Source: Alphaproteobacteria bacterium
GTDB lineage: Bacteria > Pseudomonadota > Alphaproteobacteria > Bin95
NCBI GenBank assembly: GCA_964291285.2
Contig: OZ219785.1
Location: 992,001 to 1,056,000 of the forward strand
DNA: 64,000 bases
Reading direction: 5' to 3'
Shown here: positions 55,415 through 64,000 of the stretch, in pieces
Layout: each line of letters opens with the position of its first letter
Position numbering within the stretch: position 1 is the stretch's first letter
The notes under the pieces: generated by a model
Databases searched by the model: none
What the model was told of the DNA's origin: nothing
The model's input: only the letters and a program-made list of their open reading frames with translations
Program-made: the position numbers and the translations under genes

Positions 55415-56719
55415 GTGGACATCGCGGCCCTGCGCGCGGCCGGCGCGCGCCACCTGATCCAGAGCGAGCTGCTGTCGGACGTGGTGCCGGCCGTCGAGGG
55501 GCCTGTCTTCGTGCGGGCCGAGGGCGCCGAGATATTCGATGCCGACGGCCGGGCCTATCTCGACTTCAACTCGGGCCAGATGTGCTCGGCGCTCGGCCAC
55601 AACAACCCGCGCGTCACCGCTGCCGTGCGCGAGGGGCTCGGTACGCTGACCCATGCGAGCTCGGTCTATTTCAACGCGCCGCAGCTCCGGCTCGCCGCGC
55701 GCCTGGCGGAGACCTTCGATGCGCCGCTCAGCCGCTCGCTCTTCATCCAGTCGGGCGCCGATTCCAACGAGGCCGCGCTGCTGTTCGCACGCCGCGCGAC
55801 CGGGCGCAGCGGCATCGGCGCGCTGCATCTGAGCTTCCACGGCTACACGGACGTGACGCGCGCGATCAGCTTCGCCGCGGCCACGCCGGGCAACGGGCCG
55901 GCGATCCCGGAGGTGTTCGCGATCCCCGCGCCCTACGCCTACCGCTCGCCGGTGCCCGCCGAGGGCGAGGACTGGTGGCGGCCGCTGCTCGCCATCGCTT
56001 TCGACCTGCTCGACCGCGAATGCCCGAACAACCTCGCCGCCGTCATCGCCGAACCGCTCATCAGCGCCGGCGGCGTCATCGAAATGCCGCCCGGCTACCT
56101 CAAGGCGCTCAAGGCGGGGCTCGAGGAGCGGGGTGCGCTGCTCATCCTCGACGAGGCGCAGACCGGGCTCGGCAAGCTCGGCAGCATGTATGCCTACCAG
56201 CAGCACGGGGTCGTGCCGGACATCATGACGCTGTCCAAGCATTTCGGCGGCGGGCTGCCGATCAGCGCCATGGTGACGACCGATGCGGTCGCCGAACGCG
56301 CGCTGGAAGGCGGGCTCACCTTCGGCCACTCGCACTCCTCCGACCCCATCGCCTGCACGGCCGGCCTCGCCAGCCTCGACGAGATCCTGGAAGAGGACGT
56401 GCCGGCGAAGGCCCGCGCCATCGACGCCCGCTGGAAGGCCGGCATGGAGAGCCTCATGCAGCGCTTCGCGATCATCGGGGACCTGCGCGGGAAGGGCTGC
56501 CTGCAGGGGGTGGAGCTGGTGCGCGATCGCGCCACGAAGGAGCCTGCAAGCCGGGAGGCGCAGGAAATCTACCGCGACTGCCTGGCGAACGGCCTGCTCT
56601 TCTCGGTGCGGGGCCAGCACGGCAATGTGCTCCGCTTCGTGCCGCCCTTCTGCTCCAGCGGCGACCAGATCGACCGCGCCGTCTCGATCCTCGAGGGCGC
56701 TCTCGCCCGCCACGGTTGA
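55415..56719 (+). CDS. Class III PLP aminotransferase
   Basis: SGADSNE, ILDEAQTGLGK and PDIMTLSKHFGGG motifs. Start uncertain. Confidence 0.9.
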   Translation: MDIAALRAAGARHLIQSELLSDVVPAVEGPVFVRAEGAEIFDADGRAYLDFNSGQMCSALGHNNPRVTAAVREGLGTLTHASSVYFNAPQLRLAARLAETFDAPLSRSLFIQSGADSNEAALLFARRATGRSGIGALHLSFHGYTDVTRAISFAAATPGNGPAIPEVFAIPAPYAYRSPVPAEGEDWWRPLLAIAFDLLDRECPNNLAAVIAEPLISAGGVIEMPPGYLKALKAGLEERGALLILDEAQTGLGKLGSMYAYQQHGVVPDIMTLSKHFGGGLPISAMVTTDAVAERALEGGLTFGHSHSSDPIACTAGLASLDEILEEDVPAKARAIDARWKAGMESLMQRFAIIGDLRGKGCLQGVELVRDRATKEPASREAQEIYRDCLANGLLFSVRGQHGNVLRFVPPFCSSGDQIDRAVSILEGALARHG

Positions 56720-56740
56720 AGAGCCCCCGGCCTCATCGTT

Positions 56741-57487
56741 TCAGGGCGCGCCGCCGTCCACGCGGATGACGGAACCGGTGGTGAAGGCGCTCGCGTCGGA
56801 GGCGAGGTAGAGGGCGGCGGTGACGATCTCCTCCGGCTCGCCGCTGCGCCGGAGCGCGGCCTCTGCGTTGCGGCGGGTCTCATCGTCCCAGGCGTGCGAG
56901 ATGTCGGTGAGGAAGCGCCCCGGCATGATGGCGTTGACGCGCACTTTCGGCGCATATTCGCGCGCAAACGCTTCCGTAACCGCGTTCAGCGCCGCCTTGG
57001 CGCCGGCATAGGGCGCGAGCTCCGGGCGCGGGCGGATGGCGCCTGTGCTGGAGATGTTAACCACCGCCCCGCCCCGGCCCGCCGCCATGGCCGTGCCGAG
57101 GAGCGCGGTCAGCCGGAACGGCCCCTTGAAATTGAGCGCGATCACCTTGTCGAACAGCTCTTCCGGCGTTTCCAGCGAGGAGGGCGCGAGCGGCGAGGAC
57201 CCCGCATTGTTGACCAGCACGTCGATGTCGCCTGCCGCCGCCCAGGCCCGTTTCGCGAGGTCCTCCAGCGCGTCCCAGTCCGAGACGTTGCAGGGCATCG
57301 CCCAGGCCCGCCGGCCGAGCGCCTCCACCTCCGCCGCCACGGCCCGGCAGGACTCCTCGCGGCGCGAAACGATGACCGCATCGGCCCCGCGCCGGGCGAA
57401 GGCCAGCACCATCTCGCGGCCGAGCCCGCGGCTGCCGCCGGTGACGAGCACGGTCTTGCCGGTGAAGTCGAACAGCGGATCGGTCAT
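56741..57487 (-). CDS. SDR family oxidoreductase
   Basis: TGGSRGLG, NNAG and YAGAK motifs. Confidence 0.92.
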   Translation of the reverse strand: MTDPLFDFTGKTVLVTGGSRGLGREMVLAFARRGADAVIVSRREESCRAVAAEVEALGRRAWAMPCNVSDWDALEDLAKRAWAAAGDIDVLVNNAGSSPLAPSSLETPEELFDKVIALNFKGPFRLTALLGTAMAAGRGGAVVNISSTGAIRPRPELAPYAGAKAALNAVTEAFAREYAPKVRVNAIMPGRFLTDISHAWDDETRRNAEAALRRSGEPEEIVTAALYLASDASAFTTGSVIRVDGGAP

Positions 57488-57739
57488 GGGCCCGGGCTCC
57501 GTTCCTTTCCTCGGGAAAACGACTCGGCCGAAAGGTTAAACCCTTTTCCACATCCCGGCCGAGTTCACCGAGATTTGAATGCGGCCGCCAGCATCGGTAT
57601 TTGGCGGAATGCGGGACTGTTCCTATCTTATGGAGATGCACGGGATAACGGCGAAACATGCGGTGACAACGGACCGATCCGTATGTGGACCGATTCGAAA
57701 CGCCCCTGCTGAAACCTCGACAATCCGAAAGGAAGCAGA

Positions 57740-58033
57740 ATGACGACCTCGACACTCAAGGGCCTTGCGGTCGCCAGCGCCGTCGCGGCGGCGCTCGCCA
57801 TGCACACCGCCACCCCGGCCGCCGCCGGCGAGAAGGAGAAGTGCTTCGGCGTCGCGCTCGCGGGCCAGAACGACTGCGGCGCGGGCTCCGGCACCACCTG
57901 CTCCGGCACGTCCACGGTCGATTACCAGGGCAATGCCTGGAAGCTCGTGCCCAAGGGCACCTGCGTGACCATGGAGCTGCCGGGAGACCGCAAGGGCTCC
58001 CTGGAGATGCTCGACCGCGACCTGCCGAGCTGA
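57740..58033 (+). CDS. bufA1: DUF2282 bufferin-type RiPP precursor with signal peptide
   Basis: Signal peptide followed by the four-Cys core [14 protein letters not shown]...[21 protein letters not shown]. Confidence 0.88.
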   Translation: MTTSTLKGLAVASAVAAALAMHTATPAAAGEKEKCFGVALAGQNDCGAGSGTTCSGTSTVDYQGNAWKLVPKGTCVTMELPGDRKGSLEMLDRDLPS

Positions 58034-58110
58034 GGACGGCGCCACCGCGTCCCGGATTTCCTTTCCGGGACGCGGCAAGCCGGCCCTGGCCCGCCGGCAG
58101 AGGACCTGCG

Positions 58111-58968
58111 ATGGACGGCATGGACAAAGGGTGGAGCGGCCTGCCGCCGAAGGCCGGCGTCGGCTACAAGCCCCGGCATCTCGAAGACATCCTCGCTGCG
58201 CCCGGCCGGGTCTCCTGGGTCGAAATCCACGCGGAAAACTATATGGCGGACGGCGGCCCCGCGATTGCCGGGCTGAAGCGCCTTGCCGCGCGCTTCCCGG
58301 TCTCCTGCCACGGCGTCGGCCTGTCCATAGGGTCGGAAGGCCCGCTCGATACGGAACATCTGGACCGTCTGGCGCACCTTGTCTCCTGGCTCCGGCCCGC
58401 CAGCGTCTCCGAACATCTCGCCTGGTCCCGCCATGACGGCGGATATCTTGCCGACCTCCTGCCCGTGCCCTGTGACGAAGCGGCGCTCCGACGGGTCTCG
58501 GACCATATCGACGAGGTGCAGGAACGCCTCGGCCGCCGCATCCTGCTCGAGAACCCCTCCAACTATCTCCGGTTCTCCCGCAGCACGATGGCCGAAGTGG
58601 AGTTCCTGGGCGCGGTTGCCGCGCGCACGGGCTGCGGCCTCCTGCTCGATGTGAACAATGTGCATGTCTCGGCGGCCAACGGTGCCTGCGATGCCGAGGC
58701 GTATATCGACGCATTTCCCACGGACCTTGTCGGGGAAATCCATCTTGCCGGCCACGAGATCGAGGCGGACGAGAGCGGCGGCCCGCTGCTGATCGACGCC
58801 CACAACAATCCCGTCGCCGACCCCGTCTGGGCGCTGTTCGAGCGGGTCTGCGCGCGCACCGGGCCGCTGCCGACCCTGATCGAATGGGACAATGACGTGC
58901 CCGAATGGCCGGTGCTCGCCGCCGAGGCCGCGCGGGCCGATGCCGTGCTCGCAGGCTGCCATGCCTGA
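58111..58968 (+). CDS. bufB: DUF692 multinuclear non-heme iron oxidase (BufB-like)
   Basis: EIHAENY, HGVGLS, SEHLAW, LENPS, LLDVNN, EIHLAGH, IDAH and IEWD motifs. Confidence 0.92.
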   Translation: MDGMDKGWSGLPPKAGVGYKPRHLEDILAAPGRVSWVEIHAENYMADGGPAIAGLKRLAARFPVSCHGVGLSIGSEGPLDTEHLDRLAHLVSWLRPASVSEHLAWSRHDGGYLADLLPVPCDEAALRRVSDHIDEVQERLGRRILLENPSNYLRFSRSTMAEVEFLGAVAARTGCGLLLDVNNVHVSAANGACDAEAYIDAFPTDLVGEIHLAGHEIEADESGGPLLIDAHNNPVADPVWALFERVCARTGPLPTLIEWDNDVPEWPVLAAEAARADAVLAGCHA

Positions 58969-59710
58969 CGACCAGCGCACATTTGCAGCCGCGCTGCTCG
59001 ACCCGGCGAAACCCGTGCCTCCGGGCCTCGTCCGGCCGGACGGGCGGCCGGCGGGGCGGCGCTTCGACATCTACCGCAACAATGTCGTCGTCGCGCTCAT
59101 CGAGGCATTGGGAGAGGCGTTTCCCGTCGTGAAGGCCCTGGTCGGCGAAGAGTTCTTCGAGGCGATGGCGGGCGTCTATGCGCGCGCCCATCCGCCTTCC
59201 TCGCCGCGCATGATCTTCTACGGAGAGGGGTTCGCGCCCTTCCTGGAGAGCTTCCCGCCGGCGGCCGGTCTGCCCTACCTGCCGGACGTGGCGAGGCTCG
59301 AATATGCGCGCCGGCTGGCCTACCACGCCGCCGCCGACCCCGCCGCCGATCCCTCGGTGCTGGCCGGGCTCGACGCGGATGCGCTGGCGGCGGCCCGCTT
59401 CGACTTGCAGGCGGCCTGCCATATCCTCCGCTCGGCGCATCCCGTCCATGCGATCTGGCGCTTCAACGCAACGGACGACAAATCGCCCGTGCAACCCGCC
59501 GCCGAGGATGTTCTGGTGTCGCGCCCGGAAGATATTGTGCTCGTGCAGTTGCTTCCCCCGGGCGGCGCGGCGTTCCTGCAGGCGCTCGACGCCGGCGAGC
59601 CGCTCGGCCGGGCGGCGGAGCGGGCCGCTGCCGAGGCGCCGGAATTCGATCTCGGCGCCAGTCTCGCCGGGATGTTCGCCGGTCCAATCGTCAGGACAAT
59701 CTCCGTTTGA
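58961..59710 (+). CDS. DUF2063 partner protein (BufC-like)
   Basis: RFDIYRNN...FPVV..LVGEEFF and YLPDVARLE motifs. Confidence 0.88.
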   Translation: MPDDQRTFAAALLDPAKPVPPGLVRPDGRPAGRRFDIYRNNVVVALIEALGEAFPVVKALVGEEFFEAMAGVYARAHPPSSPRMIFYGEGFAPFLESFPPAAGLPYLPDVARLEYARRLAYHAAADPAADPSVLAGLDADALAAARFDLQAACHILRSAHPVHAIWRFNATDDKSPVQPAAEDVLVSRPEDIVLVQLLPPGGAAFLQALDAGEPLGRAAERAAAEAPEFDLGASLAGMFAGPIVRTISV

Positions 59711-59729
59711 AACGTCGGGAGACCCCGCG

Positions 59730-60281
59730 ATGAATTTCCTCTACCGCCTTGAAGACACGATTCTGGGACCGGTCGGCCGGTTCCTCGACGGCGCGGCCAC
59801 GCCGGTCCTGGCGCGACTGGTGTTCCTGGCGACGCTCGCCACCTTCTTCTGGTCGTCCGCCATGACCAAGCTCGGGGAAGGCGTCGGCGGCATCTTTTCG
59901 CTCTCGGCCGGCGCCTATGTGCAGATCCTGCCCGCGCAGATGGAGGCCGTCGGCTACGATGAATCGCAACTCGGCTTCTTCGCGGACCTGATCGTCCTCG
60001 CAGGCACCTGGGCGGAGTTCATCATTCCCGCGCTGATCGTGGTCGGGCTGTTCACGCGCGCCGCCAGCCTCGCCATGATCGGCTTCATCCTCGTGATGAG
60101 CTTCGTCGATATCGCGGGCCACGGGGCGGACGCGGCCACGATCGGCATGTGGTTCGACAATGTGCCGGACGCGAAAATCCTCGACCAGCGGCTGCTCTGG
60201 ATCTTCCTGCTGCTCATCCCCATCGCCCGCGGCGCCGGCCCGGTCTCGCTGGATGCCCTGCTGAGGCGCGGCAGCGCGTAG
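59730..60281 (+). CDS. DoxX family membrane protein (BufD-like)
   Basis: FWSSAMTK, GLFTRAA and GAGPVSLD motifs. Confidence 0.85.
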   Translation: MNFLYRLEDTILGPVGRFLDGAATPVLARLVFLATLATFFWSSAMTKLGEGVGGIFSLSAGAYVQILPAQMEAVGYDESQLGFFADLIVLAGTWAEFIIPALIVVGLFTRAASLAMIGFILVMSFVDIAGHGADAATIGMWFDNVPDAKILDQRLLWIFLLLIPIARGAGPVSLDALLRRGSA

Positions 60282-60360
60282 AGTTCCCAGGACCGGCGAA
60301 TTTACCGCGTGGGCCGCACCGGGTTATCCTCGCGCCGGACGCATCGCCGGCAGGGAGGGC

Positions 60361-60657
60361 ATGATGGCGAAGAGCTACTGGGTGAGCTGTTACCGGTCGA
60401 TCACGAATCCCGACGCGCTGGCCGCTTATGCGAAGCTTGCGGGCCCGGCGATAGAGGCCGGCGGCGGCAGGTTCCTCGCGCGCGGCGGGCGGGTACAGGC
60501 CTATGAGGCGGGCGTCGGCGAGCGCACCGTGGTCATCGAGTTCGCGAGCTTCGAGCAAGCCGTGGCGACCCATGACGGCGAAGCCTACCAGGCGGCGGCG
60601 GCAAAGCTCGAAGGGGCTGTCGAGCGCGACCTGCGGGTGGTCGAGGGTGTCGATTGA
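60361..60657 (+). CDS. DUF1330 family protein
   Basis: GGRFLARGG...RTVVIEF...YQAA motifs. Confidence 0.85.
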   Translation: MMAKSYWVSCYRSITNPDALAAYAKLAGPAIEAGGGRFLARGGRVQAYEAGVGERTVVIEFASFEQAVATHDGEAYQAAAAKLEGAVERDLRVVEGVD

Positions 60658-60718
60658 CGCCGCGCCGGGCCCGGATGATAGTCTGGCGCCCGGACACCGA
60701 ACCGAGGAGGCCTGAACC

Positions 60719-61036
60719 ATGGCGGTAACTGCGATCGTCCGCATCCCGCTCTCCGACGGCATGACGCGCGAGGCGGCCAGGGCCGCGTTCGAGGCATCCG
60801 CCCCGCGCTATCGCGGCATAAGGGGGCTGGTGCGGAAATACTACCTCTTCTCCGAGGAAGCCCGGACGGGCGGCGGCGTCTATCTGTTCGACTCGCGGGA
60901 GGACGCCGAGCGGCTCTACGACGATGCCTGGAAGGCCAATATCCGCGAGCGCTACGGCGCCGACCCGTCGATAGAGATTTTCGAGTCGCCGGTGATCGTG
61001 GACAACGACGCAGGCGCCATCTCAGTCGCGGCCTGA
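60719..61036 (+). CDS. YdhR-like small monooxygenase-fold protein
   Basis: GLVRKYYL...GGGVYLF motif. Confidence 0.75.
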   Translation: MAVTAIVRIPLSDGMTREAARAAFEASAPRYRGIRGLVRKYYLFSEEARTGGGVYLFDSREDAERLYDDAWKANIRERYGADPSIEIFESPVIVDNDAGAISVAA

Positions 61037-61185
61037 CCCGCGTCCCCTCACCTTCGGCGACCGGCGTCCTCCGAGAAGGGAATCTCCCTCCGGGACCGTC
61101 TGTCCGCGGATCCATCCAGATTTGTGCCTCGGGGCATGTTCTCCGGCAGCCATTGGCCCATGGGCGGCCGGGGCTGTGTCTTCGC

Positions 61186-61806
61186 CTACCGCTCGCCGTA
61201 ATGGCGGCGCCAGAGGGGGCCGACGACGGGGTGGGCGCGGACCGCGTCCCTGATCCGGGCGAGGCGCGGCGGCTCCGTGTCGCCGCGATACCAGACGAGG
61301 AACATGGCGAGGTAGATGTCCGCGACCGTCATCTCGCCGCCCAGCAGGAACGGCTCCTCGACATGCGCGTCGATGAGGCTGAGCGCCTCGCCCATGCGGC
61401 GGATGGCGGCGGTTCTGAGCGCATCGTGCCCCTCGGGGTCGTCGGTGAAACGGAACGGGTAGCCCCGCCTGAGCACCGCCTCGTAGAGGTTGACGTTGGC
61501 GAAGATCGTCCAGCGCAGGAACGCGCCATGCGCCGGCGTGCCGGGCGGCGGCGCGAGGCGCTTTTCCGGGAAGGAGAGCGCGAGATGGACCAGGATCGCC
61601 GAGGTCTCGGTCATCGCCGATCCGTCCGGCAGGATCAGGACGGGCAGCTGGCCCCAGGGATTGGTTTCGCGAAAACTCTCCGGCAGGGGCGTTCCGGCCT
61701 TCGAGTTCAGCTCGATCAGCTCGAACGGCGCCTCCGCCAGGGTCAGCGCCGCCTCGACGACGAACCCGCCCGAGCCCGGCCGGTTGTAGAGCGTGTAGCT
61801 CACCAA
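61186..61806 (-). CDS. Glutathione S-transferase family protein
   Basis: NPWGQLPVL, MTETSAI and TVADIYL motifs. Confidence 0.88.
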   Translation of the reverse strand: MVSYTLYNRPGSGGFVVEAALTLAEAPFELIELNSKAGTPLPESFRETNPWGQLPVLILPDGSAMTETSAILVHLALSFPEKRLAPPPGTPAHGAFLRWTIFANVNLYEAVLRRGYPFRFTDDPEGHDALRTAAIRRMGEALSLIDAHVEEPFLLGGEMTVADIYLAMFLVWYRGDTEPPRLARIRDAVRAHPVVGPLWRRHYGER

Positions 61807-61814
61807 TCCCTCCT

Positions 61815-62678
61815 TCAGCGCGCCAGCATGGCGACCCAGTTGGCGTAGAAGCGCTCGCCGGCGGCGCGCCAGCGGTCTCCCGGCGGCTCTGCGGGATCGT
61901 CGTCCGGGTAGTAGGCCTTGGGCACCGGCACGTCGTCGCGGCGGCCGAGGTCGCGCCTGTATTCGTCGTCGAGCGTGCCCGCCTCATATTCGAAATGGTT
62001 GAGCGCGTGGACATGGCCGAGCGCCGGCTCGCAGATGGCGCCGACATTGGCCTCGTCATGGTCGAGCAGCAGGTCGAGGCTTGCGCCGGCCCGTGCAAGG
62101 TCTTCCCGGCGGGTCTCGGTATGGCGCGAGACCGGCATCGCCACCGGCCCTTCCAGCCCGGCGACGGCGGCGCTGGCGGGCGCGGCGACCCGGTGCTCGA
62201 ACACGCCGAAGCGCTTCTCCGGCAGGGCGTGCTTGGGCACGCCGTGATAGCGGTAGAGCGCGGCCTGCGCGGCCCAGCACAGCGTGAACAGCGGCGTCTT
62301 CCGGGCGCGCAGCCCGCCCAGCAGATGCGTGATCTCCTCCCAGTAATCGACCGCCTCGAAATCCAGCAACTCGATGGGCGCGCCGGTCAGGATCACGCCG
62401 TCCGCCTCCTCCGCCGCGTCCAGCCCGCCATAGAAGGCGGCCATGTGCCCGGGATCGGCGTTCTTGCCCCGGTAGCGCGAGGGAACCGCGAGCGAGAGCG
62501 CGATATCCGGGCCGGCAAGGCCGAGCTTGCGGGCGATCTGCCGCTCGGTCTTCTGTTTCTCCGGCATGAGGTTGACCAGCAGCACGCGGCGCGCCGGCCT
62601 GTCGTCGGAGAAGAGCGGCACGCCCTCCTCCGCAAGCTCGGCCGCCGCCGGCAGTCCCTCCGCAAGCCGAATGGCCAT
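61815..62678 (-). CDS. metA: Homoserine O-acyltransferase (MetA family)
   Basis: NLMP.K..TE.Q, TGAPIE, LCWAAQAALY, SRH and HFEY motifs. Confidence 0.88.
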   Translation of the reverse strand: MAIRLAEGLPAAAELAEEGVPLFSDDRPARRVLLVNLMPEKQKTERQIARKLGLAGPDIALSLAVPSRYRGKNADPGHMAAFYGGLDAAEEADGVILTGAPIELLDFEAVDYWEEITHLLGGLRARKTPLFTLCWAAQAALYRYHGVPKHALPEKRFGVFEHRVAAPASAAVAGLEGPVAMPVSRHTETRREDLARAGASLDLLLDHDEANVGAICEPALGHVHALNHFEYEAGTLDDEYRRDLGRRDDVPVPKAYYPDDDPAEPPGDRWRAAGERFYANWVAMLAR

Positions 62679-63583
62679 CAGCCGCCCTTCCTTTCCGCCT
62701 GCCGCCGCTCGCAGAGTCCGGTGTAGGCCTCCAACCGGTCGCCGCCATGCTCCCAGAGGGTCGCGAGGAAGCGGTCCGCATCGGGAATGCCGTCGTTGGG
62801 GAACACGTCTGCGGTCTCCAGGGCCAGGCCGTAGCGGGCGAGGCGCTCATAGCGGGGCCGGCGGAAGGCAAGCAGTTCCGGGAAGAGCGGGCGCACGAAT
62901 CCGACCGGATCGACGCCCGCGCCGTCCCCGGGCATGCCCTCCAGGCGCGGCATCAGGAAGTCGGGATTATAGAACAGCGGCTTGGGATGGGTGCGGGCGC
63001 GTTCCTTCAGGGTCTCCTCGAAGGCGGCGTCGGCGCGGATATAGACGATCAGGCTGTGGGCCGTGAGCCGTTCCAGCACCGGGTCTTCCGGGTCGTCAAG
63101 ATCGACCACCTCGCAGAGCGAGCCGGAGGCGTCGTTGACGAAGCTCTCGCACCCGTAAAGCCGCCAGCCCTTGGCGATGAAGTCCGGCACGTCGAGCATC
63201 GACTGTATCTCGGCATCCCGGTAAAGCCTCTGGCGGTGGAGGAAGGTCTCCATGTCCAGCCCGCCCGCGGCCGGGTCGCCGTACATGCCGAGGAAGGTCG
63301 AGACCGGCTCCAGATTGTCCACGGAGATATTGTGCTCGATATAGATCGAGTCGGACCGCAGCAGGTCGGCGACGAAGCGGTCCGCCATCGACATGATCTT
63401 GAACTTGATGTTGTCGAGGATGTGCTCGGCCAGGTAGCGCGTGCCGATGCGGTAGTCGGCGGAATAGTGGAACCAGTCGGCCGACCGGCGCAGCGACGTC
63501 GAGAGCACGGTCTTGCCGACGCCCGACATGCCGAGCAGCGTGATCGCGTGGGGGAGCGCCCGGAACGCCTCGAAGCTGCCCAT
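62678..63583 (-). CDS. P-loop ATPase of unknown function, coupled to metA
   Basis: LLGMSGVGKT, WFHYSADYRIGTRYL and DASGSLCEV motifs. Confidence 0.8.
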   Translation of the reverse strand: MGSFEAFRALPHAITLLGMSGVGKTVLSTSLRRSADWFHYSADYRIGTRYLAEHILDNIKFKIMSMADRFVADLLRSDSIYIEHNISVDNLEPVSTFLGMYGDPAAGGLDMETFLHRQRLYRDAEIQSMLDVPDFIAKGWRLYGCESFVNDASGSLCEVVDLDDPEDPVLERLTAHSLIVYIRADAAFEETLKERARTHPKPLFYNPDFLMPRLEGMPGDGAGVDPVGFVRPLFPELLAFRRPRYERLARYGLALETADVFPNDGIPDADRFLATLWEHGGDRLEAYTGLCERRQAERKGG

Positions 63584-63591
63584 GGGCGCGC

Positions 63592-64000
63592 TCACCCGGC
63601 GAGGCGCGGATGCAGCCAGGCGGCGGCGGCGAGCAGGCCGGCATCGCCGCCCGCCCGGCCGACGAGCTGGACCCCGACCGGCAGGCCGTTGCCGGCGGAG
63701 AAGCCCGGCAGCGTGATGCAGGGCACGCCCAGCGTGGTCCAGATGCGGTTGCATTCCGGCGAGCCGGTCCAGCCGAGGCCTTCCGGCGCCTCGCCGGGCG
63801 CAGCCGGGGTGATGAGCGCGTCCACGCCGTCGAAGACCTTGTCGAAGGCCGCCCGCGCCGCCTCGCGGACGCCGAGCGCCCAGAGATAGCGTTCACGGTC
63901 GAGGCCGAGGCCGGTTTCGACGATCTGGCGGATGGCGTCGCTCATGTCCTCCCGGCGCATGCGGTATTCCCAGGCCAGCAGGCGGGCGCCCTCATAGGGC
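63592..64000 (-). CDS. Amidase (C-terminal part; the start lies beyond the window)
   Basis: DALITPAAPGEAP, WTTLGVPCITLP and GLPVGVQLVG motifs. Confidence 0.8.
   Translation of the reverse strand, partial: PYEGARLLAWEYRMRREDMSDAIRQIVETGLGLDRERYLWALGVREAARAAFDKVFDGVDALITPAAPGEAPEGLGWTGSPECNRIWTTLGVPCITLPGFSAGNGLPVGVQLVGRAGGDAGLLAAAAWLHPRLAG

Overview
High-GC bacterial chromosome segment. The gene content and a GAAC-N7-GAAC LexA-type box suggest an alphaproteobacterium; this is inferred, not database-checked. (1) 1-11.9 kb holds a compact podovirus-type (T7/BPP-1-like) virion and packaging module: portal, scaffold, a short capsid protein, a decoration-like protein, tail tube A and B, an internal-virion-like protein, large terminase and two holin candidates. 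No integrase, replication genes, recognisable small terminase, endolysin or tail fibre are visible. It sits behind a perfect LexA-type box and a divergent XRE repressor, has an internal terminator, an IS1380 in front of the capsid gene, and a host palindromic repeat inserted in frame in the portal. It is the best candidate for an undescribed system: a podovirus-derived gene-transfer-agent-like element. (2) 17.6-23.7 kb is a nested defence locus: darT of a DarTG system is split by an IS1595-family element carrying a Dam-family methylase (frameshifted at a G12 tract) and a PD-(D/E)XK nuclease, itself split by an IS1634. (3) 39.7-55.3 kb is an integrase-less island at tRNA-Ser(GGA), bounded by a 13-bp direct repeat. 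It encodes two sulfotransferases, a truncated CysN/APS kinase, RND and MATE transporters, an Ntn acylase and an unusual AlkB-like diiron enzyme fused to a degenerate GlnE-like domain. (4) 57.7-60.3 kb is a bufferin-type (DUF2282/DUF692/DUF2063/DoxX) RiPP operon. The rest is ordinary metabolism and transport. All family calls come from motif recognition by eye; no searches were run.
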